64,000 nucleotides of DNA from Candidatus Micrarchaeota archaeon (GCA_043821365.1 JBDRCX010000006.1:672001-736000); one strand, 5' to 3'; numbered from the stretch's first letter, positions 27,887 to 37,892 are shown. A program made the numbers and translations. Notes: generated from the sequence alone by a model not told the origin.

Positions 27887-28750
27887 TTACGCTTTTGTTA
27901 AGGTTGCAACAGTATATCCAGCTGCAAATACGCTAACTGCACCAATAAGAGCTGCCAGTATTCCCCCCAAAGTTGTCCCAAATCCTGCCAGGGCATAATC
28001 CATAATTGGTGCACTGTAAAATTCAGTTGCAGCATTGAAAAAACCAAGATTGATTGCAACTCTTTCAAGTCCATCCGGTTCTCCTGATGCAAATGGTAGT
28101 AGAATTGCAACTATTAAAAATGAGACTCCGGTTCCTGTTAATGCTAGTTTCCATGAAAGATTTTGTAATTTATTTGTAAATGTCGAAATTGCTACTGTGA
28201 TAAGACCTTCCCCTATACCAATGATTGCATGTACTGTTGCCATTGCAGTTAAAGCAGGTAAAAAGCTCACAGTTCCACTTAATGCTAATTCTATTGCACA
28301 AACAATTGATGCAACTAAAACTGAGAACCAAGAGGCAACAAATCTTTTTACTAGTTCATTTGCTTGCAATCTATTCATAACAAAATTTGCTGAATAAATG
28401 GCAACAATTCCCATGTTGAATATGTTTGCTCCAAGTGCCAAAGTTCCACCATCTCCGAATACGAGAGTCTGTGTAACAAGTACCAAAGCCATGGAGATTA
28501 CTGCACCATCAATTCCCAGTATAAAGAGTGCAAGTGCAGCCCCAATCATATGTCCACTTGTTCCTTCTGCAATTGGGAAATTAAGCATCTGCCCAAGGAA
28601 TATTATGGCAGAAACAGTTGCAATTGCCATAATTTTTGAATTTGTGAGGTTTTTCCTTAAGTTTTTCAAAGCCAACGCTATTGGTATTGAAGATAGTAAT
28701 AAGAATAAAACACAAATCCAATTAGTGAGAAATCCATCTGGTGTGTGCAT
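27887..28750 (-). CDS. cbiM: CbiM/NikM-type ECF Co/Ni transporter S component fused to PDGLE domain
   Basis: MHTPDGFL N-terminus, QMLNFP, TSGH, GDGG..ALGAN, PDGLE. Confidence 0.88.
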   Translation of the reverse strand: MHTPDGFLTNWICVLFLLLSSIPIALALKNLRKNLTNSKIMAIATVSAIIFLGQMLNFPIAEGTSGHMIGAALALFILGIDGAVISMALVLVTQTLVFGDGGTLALGANIFNMGIVAIYSANFVMNRLQANELVKRFVASWFSVLVASIVCAIELALSGTVSFLPALTAMATVHAIIGIGEGLITVAISTFTNKLQNLSWKLALTGTGVSFLIVAILLPFASGEPDGLERVAINLGFFNAATEFYSAPIMDYALAGFGTTLGGILAALIGAVSVFAAGYTVATLTKA

Positions 28751-28797
28751 GCCTTTTTATCTTCATTATCTTTTTTAATTGAATCTGTGATTTTATT

Positions 28798-29190
28798 TTG
28801 ATGAAGATCTTAGTTTTTGGGAATTTGCTGGTAAAACAAGATTCTCTTGCCCTTAAACTAATGAAAAAACTATCAAAAGAATTCCCAGAGATTGAGTTCA
28901 AAGAATGTGATGGTGCAGAGTCAATCGAATCTGAGGGTAAGAACCTGCTAATTCTTGATGTTGCTCAAGGCATAAAAAAAGTGACCATACTGAATGGGAT
29001 GGATGATCTAGAGGTTACTCATCCATATTCAATGCATGATTTTGATCTTTCAATTACTCTGAGAATATTGAAAAAAATAAAAGTAATTGACTCGGTTAGG
29101 ATCATTGCCATTCCTATGCATTATAAAGAAAAACAAGCATTTGAAGAAGTCTCTAAAATCCTTTCCACTTTACTTTCAAAAAGTGTGTAG
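28798..29190 (+). CDS. Hydrogenase maturation protease-like protein
   Basis: ILVFGNLL..QDS, LLILDVA, SMHDFDL. Confidence 0.75.
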   Translation: MMKILVFGNLLVKQDSLALKLMKKLSKEFPEIEFKECDGAESIESEGKNLLILDVAQGIKKVTILNGMDDLEVTHPYSMHDFDLSITLRILKKIKVIDSVRIIAIPMHYKEKQAFEEVSKILSTLLSKSV

Positions 29191-30466
29191 CACAGCTCAT
29201 GCAAGGATCATAAGCACGTATTAGTTTTTCAAGTTCATATGGTATCCTACTTTTTTCCATTCCAACATCTATTTTTTCCTGCACTAATCCGCCTATGTCC
29301 TTATCCATTTTTATCTGATTCTGTGACGTTGGTATAACAAGATCAATAAATTCTACTTTACCAGCTTCATCTGTCTTTATATTGTAATAAAGTGTTCCCC
29401 TCGGAGCTTCTAAAACTCCAACTCCCTCAGCTTTTTTTGGTTTTATTGCCATTTTTGGTTCAGTTTTAAACTCAGTTGTTTCTAGAAGCTCTATTGCACT
29501 GTCTATGCAATGAACAATCTCTATTGCTTGGGCTAGATTATTGTGGAAGATATTATTTGATGGGAATACTTTGAGGTGTTTTGCTAAATCTTTTTGTGTA
29601 TCTTTATGGAGTGTATCTCTGCTAATATTCATCCTAGCAAGAGCACCAACAACATATGGTTTTCCAGCATATTCAAAACCAGGTGCCTGTGAATAAGGAA
29701 CAACAAATTTTTGCAAGTGTTCTCTAAAGTTTCTCTGAGGTATGCAGAAACCATCTGATGTCATTAAATGGCCGCCAAGGTAACTAAATGTATCATTTCT
29801 CAGCGCAATATATGTTGTTTCAGTATCAAATTTGAATTTTGATTTGTAGAATATATCTACAAATTCAATTGCAGGAGCTCGTATGTTTTTGAGTTTTTGT
29901 ATTAGTTCTTTTTTATCCTCATTTTTTGGTATTTTTAAAAATCCACCAACCTGGGGAAATGGAGAGTGTACTGCTCTTCCTCCAATAAAGACGCTGAGGT
30001 CATTTCCTACACTTTTAACATCAAATGCCTTATGAACAAGATCGTGCTCTGGTCCATCATCTGCAAAATCCAAAACAGAATCTTTACCAAATATATCCGG
30101 TAAACAAAACAAGTAAAGGTGCATTGCATGATCTCGTATATTAAGTCCATAGAGAAGCAAATCTCTCAATTTTATTGTTTGTTCTGATGGAATTATGTCA
30201 AATGCATTCTCAACTGCATTTATACAACACATGATGTGGGCAATGGAACAGGTACCACAAATCCTTGATACTAGTTGGTGAACTCCAATTGCCGGTTTTC
30301 CAGCAACTGCTTCATTGAAAAATCGTTTATTCTCATCTATCTTCAATTTTGCACGAACTACTTTTCCTTTTTTTACTTCAACATCTAAATCAGTATGTCC
30401 CTCTATCTTACTTAGATCTTGTATACTGATTTCAAAATCCTGGCTATGCATCCTTTCCCTCCGCAA
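29153..30466 (-). CDS. [NiFe]-hydrogenase large subunit (group 3b / sulfhydrogenase alpha-like)
   Basis: KIEGH, RICGTCSIAH (L1), EAPRGTL, RAYDPCMSCATH (L2) with cleavable C-terminal tail. Confidence 0.92.
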   Translation of the reverse strand: MRRERMHSQDFEISIQDLSKIEGHTDLDVEVKKGKVVRAKLKIDENKRFFNEAVAGKPAIGVHQLVSRICGTCSIAHIMCCINAVENAFDIIPSEQTIKLRDLLLYGLNIRDHAMHLYLFCLPDIFGKDSVLDFADDGPEHDLVHKAFDVKSVGNDLSVFIGGRAVHSPFPQVGGFLKIPKNEDKKELIQKLKNIRAPAIEFVDIFYKSKFKFDTETTYIALRNDTFSYLGGHLMTSDGFCIPQRNFREHLQKFVVPYSQAPGFEYAGKPYVVGALARMNISRDTLHKDTQKDLAKHLKVFPSNNIFHNNLAQAIEIVHCIDSAIELLETTEFKTEPKMAIKPKKAEGVGVLEAPRGTLYYNIKTDEAGKVEFIDLVIPTSQNQIKMDKDIGGLVQEKIDVGMEKSRIPYELEKLIRAYDPCMSCATHFLKVKWKGF

Positions 30467-30935
30467 TATTAAAAAGCTTCAAATATTTGTCCAATGTTTT
30501 CAAGAATGTTGCTTCAATCATGGGACAACCATCGACTTTGTCATCCACCTTAACTATCTCATCGAGTTTCAATACTTTTTCGTAAAGATTCCATTTATCT
30601 AGAAATGGCCGTATTTTTACTTTAACATGTTCCGGGAAATCATTTCTTTGCGCTGATGGATATCCCCCACAGGCGCAGGCACCAATGGCTACAAGGTACT
30701 TTGATTTTTTTCGTATTTCCAATAGCTTCTCCTTATCTCTGTCATTTGATATTGCTCCCTCAACAAATGAGACATCAAATTCATCGAATGTATTGTGTGA
30801 TTTTAGCATTTTACAGTATCTAAAATCGATGAGTTTTTTCCATGTGAAATAATTTTTGTTCATTAATTCTACAAATAGTATTGAGCTGTCTTCACAACAG
30901 GTAAAAGTAAACCAACCTATACGTAATTTTTTCAT
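30444..30935 (-). CDS. [NiFe]-hydrogenase small (delta-like) subunit, truncated
   Basis: TCCED, VEGAI, VAIGACA, DGCP; no C-terminal cluster domain. Confidence 0.85.
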   Translation of the reverse strand: MKKLRIGWFTFTCCEDSSILFVELMNKNYFTWKKLIDFRYCKMLKSHNTFDEFDVSFVEGAISNDRDKEKLLEIRKKSKYLVAIGACACGGYPSAQRNDFPEHVKVKIRPFLDKWNLYEKVLKLDEIVKVDDKVDGCPMIEATFLKTLDKYLKLFNIAEGKDA

Positions 30936-30986
30936 TACACCAGATTATTAGCCAGAATTTAAAATACTTTTATGCGAACATAAGTC

Positions 30987-31880
30987 ATGCAACGTAATTA
31001 TTCATTAGGTATAATGTTGGCACTAGCAACAGCCATAATTAGCGGTATATCTGTTTTTATTAATGGAATTGCAGTAAATTCTGCCGATCCAATAGTATAT
31101 ACTATTATGAAAAATTCAGGTGTTTTATTATTTCTTTTTGCTACTGTTTTTGCTTTCAAAGAGATAAACAATTTCCGTAATCTTACAAAAAAACAATGGG
31201 CAACTCTTGTTTTAATTGGTATTATTGGTGGTAGCATCCCATTTGCATTATTTTTCTGGGGACTTAAGCTGGGTGGAGCAGTGATCGGCTCATTTATCTA
31301 TAGATCATTATTCATATTTGCAGGTGTATTCGGTTATCTTCTATTAAAGGAAAAACCAGAAAGAAATGATATAATCGCAGGAGTCTTACTTTTAGTTGGA
31401 AATGCAATTTTATTATCAGGTGAACTTACATTTGGATTTGCCCAATTATTAGTTCTTGGAGCAACAGTTCTATGGGCTTTAGAATATACAATATCCAGGA
31501 AAATTCTTGCTGATCTTCAACCAAGAACAGTAATGGTTTCAAGAATGTTTTTCGGTTCAATTGTTTTATCGCTGTTTGTTTTTGGTAGTGGAACTGCAAT
31601 TGCTATCGATGCCTCAATCCTACCTTGGTTGGGATTAACTGCACTTCTTTTATTTGGGTTTGTGATAACTTGGTACACTTCGCTGAAGTACATACCAGTT
31701 TTCAAAGCAACGGTGATCCTTGCTTTAGGTGGAATAATTACCACTGTACTCAATGTTGTTTTTCTAGATGCAATACTCTCTCTTACAGATCTACTGAGTA
31801 TACTGCTTATACTAACTGGAAGTTTAGTGGCTATGAATGCATTAAAATTAGTAAAAAAAATAAATTATTTAATTAGCTAA
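30987..31880 (+). CDS. EamA/DMT family transporter
   Basis: About ten TMs with an internal duplication pattern. Confidence 0.8.
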   Translation: MQRNYSLGIMLALATAIISGISVFINGIAVNSADPIVYTIMKNSGVLLFLFATVFAFKEINNFRNLTKKQWATLVLIGIIGGSIPFALFFWGLKLGGAVIGSFIYRSLFIFAGVFGYLLLKEKPERNDIIAGVLLLVGNAILLSGELTFGFAQLLVLGATVLWALEYTISRKILADLQPRTVMVSRMFFGSIVLSLFVFGSGTAIAIDASILPWLGLTALLLFGFVITWYTSLKYIPVFKATVILALGGIITTVLNVVFLDAILSLTDLLSILLILTGSLVAMNALKLVKKINYLIS

Positions 31881-32893
31881 GCTTGTGCCATTGGTCTGTT
31901 GTCAGTTCCTGTTGATGCGTAAATGTGGCCGTCTTCAGGAGGTTGTTTTTTTCTTCGTTGTGCAAAACTATATACTGGTGGACTGACAATATCATCGTTG
32001 ACTGCTGGTTCTTTATCTCCTCCAAAGTAGTCAGCAATGCATGATTCTACAAGATCTGCAGTTGATGCACTATTTCTTTGCATTCTTGCAACCAGATCTC
32101 CTATAAGTATTTTAGTGTCTTGGTACCTTGTTTCTGCCTTTAGTGTATTTAATCTTGCAGTATCCCCTGCTTCTGCGAAATATTCGGCAACTCTTTCGCG
32201 TGTATCACTGTATATTGCGGTTTCCCCGATCTCAAGTAAACCATCTTTTTTTCTTGCTACCAATTGTTGTGTTTGTCTTCTTTCTGTTGCTGTTCTGCTT
32301 CTTATTGGTATAATTTTACTAACAGAATGGTCATCTCCTAATACATATGTCTTAGTAGCTACTCCAAGTTCTGTTCCATTGGTACTAACGCTTCTGCCTA
32401 TATCGTCCATAAAGTATCTTACTGCTGCCTCTCTCAAATCCTCGTGTTTATTGCCTTTTGCTATCGCAGTAATCTCCCCATTTATTCCGTTTTCTGCTAA
32501 AATTCTAAATGCAAGATGTCTTATCTCATATCTATTTGAAATTGATCCTTCTCTTAATTCTTCTAGCATTCCTCTTAATTTTTCTGCCACATCATGGTGT
32601 CTTCTTCTATCCTCATCTGAAGCATCTTTTTCTGAAACCCGTCCACTTAATTTCCTATATGTTTCTCTCAAAATTGGTATGAATTCTTTCATTGCAGAAA
32701 ATCGTTCTTCTGTTGAGGGAGTAGCTTTGTCATATCTCTGTGCAGAAGTAATAAATCGTGTCCTATCTTCTGCACTAATCGTCATCGCAAGTCCTTCACT
32801 TCTCGGTTTTGTAGCTGCAGCACCTGAAGGTACGGCAACTGGTCTTCTTTCTACTTGTCTTCTTGCAATAGCAGCATCGGCCATTATGGTCAC
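31877..32893 (-). CDS. Hypothetical protein (helical, possibly HEAT-like)
   Basis: Long ORF; LREAAV and TRERVAE helical repeats. Confidence 0.55.
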   Translation of the reverse strand: MTIMADAAIARRQVERRPVAVPSGAAATKPRSEGLAMTISAEDRTRFITSAQRYDKATPSTEERFSAMKEFIPILRETYRKLSGRVSEKDASDEDRRRHHDVAEKLRGMLEELREGSISNRYEIRHLAFRILAENGINGEITAIAKGNKHEDLREAAVRYFMDDIGRSVSTNGTELGVATKTYVLGDDHSVSKIIPIRSRTATERRQTQQLVARKKDGLLEIGETAIYSDTRERVAEYFAEAGDTARLNTLKAETRYQDTKILIGDLVARMQRNSASTADLVESCIADYFGGDKEPAVNDDIVSPPVYSFAQRRKKQPPEDGHIYASTGTDNRPMAQA

Positions 32894-32950
32894 CTGCTTT
32901 CCTAGCTCACCGAATCTTTTTAAATCTTACCTCATCGGAATAGAAGTGAA

Positions 32951-33664
32951 ATGAACAGTATTCTATTCTCTGCTTGCTATGGGTTTCCTCCTAATAGTTA
33001 TGGGTATTGTGGAAGTTCATCTTTTACAAAGAACCTCAAAGAAGCACTAGTTTCTAAAAAAACAAAAAAAATCGAAATTGAATTGAAAAAATTCCAAGCA
33101 CAGTATAAATATCTTGATTTTATTGGAAGAGAAAATAATCTAGCGCCATTTGATCCAAAAGTTGTGGATGCATTTTGGATAGGAAATTCGTTACTTGAAG
33201 AAATTCCACACAAGTCTTTACAAAAGTTTATTGAAAATGATCTTTTTCCACGAAATTCTATTCGCGGAAAAAAACTTGCAAAGTACCTTCCAGAAAATTT
33301 AGTTCCTCATCATAGTTTCAACGTACTCTATGTGAATTTTGTTACTAATAGGGTTGAGAGATCAATAAATAATTTTGATCTCTGTTGTGTTACTGCAGGT
33401 AAAATCAAATCATTAAACCCTACCCATGCAATTGTAGATAGGTTCTCTATAGATTTTAATGGTGAATTCATTTTTGGTAAGAAAATCGAGAAGGTTGATA
33501 TCATAAGGAACCAGGTAAAACTAGTGAAAAATCTAAAGAAAAATGATATTGTGGCATTACATTGGGGAATGGTTGTTGGAAAATTAAACGCAAAGCAATT
33601 AACAAAGTTAAAAAAATATACTAAGATAAATTTTGATGGAATTGGTGGTTTGAATAATCTCTGA
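32951..33664 (+). CDS. DUF6390-like hydrogenase-associated protein
   Basis: YGFPPNSYGYCG, VVDAFWIGN, PHHSFNVL, VALHWG (HypC-like end). Confidence 0.7.
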   Translation: MNSILFSACYGFPPNSYGYCGSSSFTKNLKEALVSKKTKKIEIELKKFQAQYKYLDFIGRENNLAPFDPKVVDAFWIGNSLLEEIPHKSLQKFIENDLFPRNSIRGKKLAKYLPENLVPHHSFNVLYVNFVTNRVERSINNFDLCCVTAGKIKSLNPTHAIVDRFSIDFNGEFIFGKKIEKVDIIRNQVKLVKNLKKNDIVALHWGMVVGKLNAKQLTKLKKYTKINFDGIGGLNNL

Positions 33665-33674
33665 ATTTTTACAA

Positions 33675-34841
33675 GTGCCATTTAATCGCTATTTATTATT
33701 TGCATTACTTCTACTCGGTATCTTCATCTATATTTTTGAACAAAATACTGTGGTGCAAACCTCAGATGCAGATCTTGTTATCCACTTCTTTTATTCTCCA
33801 AGTTGTTCTCATTGTGCAGAGCAGGAACCTTTCAATCAACAATTCGAGGCAGAATTTGAAGAAATAGACATTATCTACCATAATGTTGAAGTTCCATCAG
33901 AAACAAGATTACTTTTGATAATGGCACAAAATGTTAGTTTTGATGTTTCTGATCTTGGCACTCCGACAACTTTTATTGGAAATAATATTTTTGTTGGTTT
34001 TGAGCAGAACAGTACACCTTTAGAATTAAGATCAACAATACTGAGATGTCTTGATGGTGATTGCGGTGCTAACTCTTCATCGAAATCAAAAACTGAAATT
34101 ACTCAATCAGTTGATTTGCCTATTTTGGGAAAAGCTGATCTTTCTTCATTTTCATTGCCTGTACTTGCAGTAGTTCTTGGTCTTGTTGATGGTTTCAATC
34201 CATGTGCTATGTGGGTTTTAGTCTATCTTATCGGACTTATCATGAATCTTAAAGATAAGAAAAAACTAATTCTGATTGTCGGTACATTTGTTTTTACCTC
34301 TGGTATATTGTATTTCTTTTTCATGACTGCCTGGTTGAATGCATTTTTATTTTTAGGATATGTGCGGCCAGTAAATATTCTAGTTGGATTAGTTGCTCTT
34401 GGTGCTGGAATAATATCCTTGAAAGAGTATCATGACACTGGAGGTGCAATGGTTTGCAAAGCATCAGATGGCAAAGCTAAGAAAAAGATTGCACACCAGG
34501 CAAAGGAAATAATCTCAGCTCCATTAACTTGGCTTACTTTTATTGGTATTATTGCTTTGGCATTTACAGTGAACTCAATTGAATTTGTTTGTTCTGCTGC
34601 TCTTCCTGCAGTATTTACTCAAGTTCTAGCGTTGAGTGATTTATCGCAGTTGGAGTATTATGCTTACATTCTTCTCTATGTTTTTGCATTCATGCTTGAT
34701 GATCTTGTTGTATTTGGTTCTGCCATATTCATATACAGTCATCTTACTGATGATTATGCAAAATACTGCAAAATAATCGGAGGAGTGATAATGTTACTAT
34801 TAGGACTTATCCTTCTTTTTGCTCCAAACTTCCTAAATTAA
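33675..34841 (+). CDS. Thioredoxin/glutaredoxin-domain membrane protein (DsbD/CcdA-like)
   Basis: CSHC, GLVDGFNPCAMW, EFVCSA, multiple TMs. Confidence 0.75.
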   Translation: MPFNRYLLFALLLLGIFIYIFEQNTVVQTSDADLVIHFFYSPSCSHCAEQEPFNQQFEAEFEEIDIIYHNVEVPSETRLLLIMAQNVSFDVSDLGTPTTFIGNNIFVGFEQNSTPLELRSTILRCLDGDCGANSSSKSKTEITQSVDLPILGKADLSSFSLPVLAVVLGLVDGFNPCAMWVLVYLIGLIMNLKDKKKLILIVGTFVFTSGILYFFFMTAWLNAFLFLGYVRPVNILVGLVALGAGIISLKEYHDTGGAMVCKASDGKAKKKIAHQAKEIISAPLTWLTFIGIIALAFTVNSIEFVCSAALPAVFTQVLALSDLSQLEYYAYILLYVFAFMLDDLVVFGSAIFIYSHLTDDYAKYCKIIGGVIMLLLGLILLFAPNFLN

Positions 34842-35344
34842 ACAAATTATTATAAATAGTTGTACCAAATTAATATTTTCACATACATCTAATCTTTTTT
34901 ATATTGTTTTAACAAGAAACCAAAGTGTTAAATGTTTTTCTATACAATATTATATCCCTTTTATTTAAAGGGTCAGGACAATTCGGTTGCCTTGAAAATG
35001 GTATGCATGGATACCTCTAAGTGATTTTAGCCATCAGTATGGCGTCTGGACCTAGTCTCGCTATACGAAATCCGTGTCACTTATGTAAATCTATACATTG
35101 AAGGGGTATAATTGGATGTGCGGATGGGTTAAGTTGAGTCCGTTTTTCCTATCTCTTCAACCGAGTCCAGCTGTTTGATTGTGGAAACTACGTTTCCACA
35201 CCTTTTTTCTATCTAAAAAATTCTAGTTCTAATTAAATTGGGGTTTGGAAGGGGCAAAGCCCCTTCAATCAAACCAAAAGAGTGGGAGAGCGTCTAAAAA
35301 AGAAAACTCCAGGACGACCTCTCTTTCGTCCTGGTTAAGGTGAT

Positions 35345-35476
35345 TCATACGGCGCTTTCGATGGCAAATGCTACCTCCTTCCCATATTCCATAAGAACAT
35401 CAAATAATTCTTTTTCTGTTTCATCAAGTTGTTCCCTATATGAAAACAACGTGTCAAATTTTTCCTGAAATTTCAT
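35345..35476 (-). CDS. Small acidic protein, 43 aa (not in ORF track)
   Basis: MKFQEKFDTLFSYREQLDETEKELFDVLMEYGKEVAFAIESAV; GGAGGTG RBS upstream; GC hairpin plus U-tract downstream (35319-35300). Confidence 0.6.
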   Translation of the reverse strand: MKFQEKFDTLFSYREQLDETEKELFDVLMEYGKEVAFAIESAV

Positions 35477-35706
35477 ATACCACACCTCCTATGAATATAA
35501 CGAGACCCAATGGGTCTCAACTGGTCGTTAAACCGGGAGAATTCCCCCGACAGATTATAGAGATAAAAACCAGTTGTTCTTTATAAACAAAATTAGACAC
35601 CTCATTTCCGCGCCTACCTTTTTGGTAAAAAGGTAGGTCCAAAAACGTATTTGCTAAAAAGTAAACATTAAATCCTGTTCGTATAACTATTCCTTTGGTG
35701 ATACTC

Positions 35707-35868
35707 ATGTCAGAAAAAAAATGCTTAGTTTGTGGAATAGCTGAATCACAAAAATGGATAGAAAAACAAAATCTTGCTGGAATCAAAGCATATTTCTGCG
35801 GTCCACAACATTATCAAGAATATAAAAAGAAAGGTGCAGAGTCTGGAGTTTGCGAATTCTGTCAGTGA
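35707..35868 (+). CDS. Small putative Zn-finger protein, 53 aa (not in ORF track)
   Basis: MSEKKCLVCG...YFCGPQHY...GVCEFCQ; GGTGA RBS-like sequence upstream. Confidence 0.7.
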   Translation: MSEKKCLVCGIAESQKWIEKQNLAGIKAYFCGPQHYQEYKKKGAESGVCEFCQ

Positions 35869-36602
35869 GAATGTCCCGATACAATCAGAATAATTATTAT
35901 TGCACCCACGACAATTCCCATCACTTGTATTATTGATTTTTTTACATCTTTTTCTTCATGTAATTCGGGTAAAAGTGCAGCACATGAAATGTATATGAAA
36001 GTTCCTGCAGTAAATGCAAGTCCATAGTAACTGATATTCTCAATTATGCCTGAAAGATAAAAGAAAATTAATCCACCAACAACCGCAGTTAATGCGCTTA
36101 ATAAGTTCCAAAAAAGTGCCATTTTTCTTGAAAATCCGCCGTGTAATAACATTGCAAAATCACTTATTTCATGCGGAATTTCATGCATTGCAACAGCAAT
36201 GGTTGTTGTAACTCCTAGTTCAAAAGAAACAAGATAACTCGCTGCTATTGCAATACCGTCAAAAAAGTTATGTATTCCATCTCCAGCTAAAATTAGGTAT
36301 GCAATGGGTTTTTTCTTTTCAGGATGGTGGGAATGGCCATGATGCCAATGGACAAATTTTTCTAATATGAAGAAGAACACCAAACCCAAGAGAGTAAAAG
36401 GGAATACTTCATGCAAATTAAGGTTTTCTATTGCTTCGGGCAGTAATTCATAAAAAACAGTTGCAAGAAGAGCACCTGCTGCTAGACTTATAATTACATA
36501 AATTACCTTATCCACGGTTTTCTTATTTAACAATACCAAAAAAACTCCAACTAGTGAAATCAGACTGATTAATATTGTAGAAATTAAAATCTCAAATAAC
36601 AT
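35862..36602 (-). CDS. ZIP family zinc transporter
   Basis: HWHHGHSHH loop, GDGIHNFFDG, HEIPHE. Confidence 0.93.
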   Translation of the reverse strand: MLFEILISTILISLISLVGVFLVLLNKKTVDKVIYVIISLAAGALLATVFYELLPEAIENLNLHEVFPFTLLGLVFFFILEKFVHWHHGHSHHPEKKKPIAYLILAGDGIHNFFDGIAIAASYLVSFELGVTTTIAVAMHEIPHEISDFAMLLHGGFSRKMALFWNLLSALTAVVGGLIFFYLSGIIENISYYGLAFTAGTFIYISCAALLPELHEEKDVKKSIIQVMGIVVGAIIIILIVSGHSH

Positions 36603-36694
36603 GAGTTTGTTGGGCTTGGTAAGATTAATAAATATTCTCTAGAAAGTTATTAACTATTGTATATTTTTTGAATTTTTTTAATAAAAGTGGTATT

Positions 36695-36847
36695 ATGGAA
36701 AGAAAATTGCTTGAAAAAGGAAATACAAGTCTTGCTTTAGGTACTGTGTTTGGTGTAAGTGCATTGACCTGCCCATGTCCTCTATGTATAATTCCATCAA
36801 TTAGTTTTTTTGCCAATTCTATTCGAGAGAAATTTTTCGGAGAGTGA
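36695..36847 (+). CDS. Small hydrophobic CPCPLC-motif protein, 50 aa (not in ORF track)
   Basis: MERKLLEKGNTSLALGTVFGVSALTCPCPLCIIPSISFFANSIREKFFGE; ends 4 nt before the NikR-like start. Confidence 0.6.
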   Translation: MERKLLEKGNTSLALGTVFGVSALTCPCPLCIIPSISFFANSIREKFFGE

Positions 36848-36851
36848 TTAT

Positions 36852-37232
36852 TTGGAAATTATTAGCATTTCTCTAGATACTGAAACTTTAAAGGAATTAG
36901 ACAGAGTCCAGAAAACACTTGGTTTCAAAAGTAGGTCAAAATTACTTCGTACTACTCTAGATTCTTTTATAAATGAATACAGAGTTATGGAATCTCTCAA
37001 AGGTCACATTGATAGTGTTTTTGTTATTACATATAAGGAATCAGAGAAACACAAAATCTCCGATCTTCTTCATAATTTTGAGGACACTATAAAGACCGTA
37101 GTACATCAACATCATGTTGGGATTTGTTTAGAAGTATTGATTATATGCGCAGATGCTAGAAGAGTAAGGGAACTCTTCAGTGTACTGAAGAGATATAAGG
37201 GGGTTAGGTCTGTTAGCTGCTCTGTGATCTAA
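36852..37232 (+). CDS. NikR-like ribbon-helix-helix metalloregulator (TTG start)
   Basis: EIISISL RHH strand, SRSKL, HQHH...CLEV metal-binding ACT domain. Confidence 0.8.
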   Translation: MEIISISLDTETLKELDRVQKTLGFKSRSKLLRTTLDSFINEYRVMESLKGHIDSVFVITYKESEKHKISDLLHNFEDTIKTVVHQHHVGICLEVLIICADARRVRELFSVLKRYKGVRSVSCSVI

Positions 37233-37317
37233 AGCCAGTACTAAGTCTTTTAAACCCGTTCTAATAATTTATTCTTACCAATTTTCTTAAACCGATGAGA
37301 GAAATTGAGGTGTTAAT

Positions 37318-37680
37318 ATGGGATATATAGATTTAGAGATACCAGCAGAACTGGTACCGCAAATTGTGGAAATGCTTTCAGTTGCAAAAGACGGAGGCAA
37401 AATTAAAAAAGGAGTTAATGAAACTACAAAATCAATTGAGAGAAAATCAGCTCAATTTGTAGTTGTTGCAGGTGACGTTACACCAGAAGAAGTTGTTATT
37501 CACATACCAATGCTTTGTAAAGAGCACAATGTGCCATATGCATTTGTTCCAACAAAAAAAGATTTGGGTATTGCAGTTGGCATTGAAGTTGGAACTTCTG
37601 CTGTTGCAGTTGAAAATGCAGGTGGTGCCACCGAAAAACTTCAGGACATCATAAAAAAATTACCAAAACCACAAAAGTGA
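37318..37680 (+). CDS. rpl7ae: 50S ribosomal protein L7Ae
   Basis: KKGVNETTKSIER, DVTPEEVVIHIP, LGIAVG. Confidence 0.97.
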   Translation: MGYIDLEIPAELVPQIVEMLSVAKDGGKIKKGVNETTKSIERKSAQFVVVAGDVTPEEVVIHIPMLCKEHNVPYAFVPTKKDLGIAVGIEVGTSAVAVENAGGATEKLQDIIKKLPKPQK

Positions 37681-37685
37681 TTTGA

Positions 37686-37892
37686 ATGGCAGATGGTTAT
37701 CCAGCGGAGATTGTTGAAATACGTGCCAAAACTGGTGTTTATGGTGAAATCTACCAGGTTCTTTGTAAAGTGCTAGAAGGTCCTGATGCAGGTAGAGTTA
37801 TCCTAAGAAATATCAAGGGACCTGTAAAGAAGGGAATGGTAGTAGTTTTACTTGATACTGACAGGGAAGCAAAGGAAATTAAGTCAAGGTGA
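37686..37892 (+). CDS. rps28e: 30S ribosomal protein S28e
   Basis: RVILRNIKGPV...DTDREA. Confidence 0.95.
   Translation: MADGYPAEIVEIRAKTGVYGEIYQVLCKVLEGPDAGRVILRNIKGPVKKGMVVVLLDTDREAKEIKSR

Noticed and set aside
32037-32954. 305-aa plus-strand ORF, and similar long antisense ORFs inside smc (59010-61568)
   Set aside because: Ser/Leu/Phe-rich shadows of the opposite-strand genes.
35517-35786. 89-aa minus-strand ORF
   Set aside because: It overlaps a hairpin element and the better-supported 53-aa Zn-finger ORF on the plus strand.
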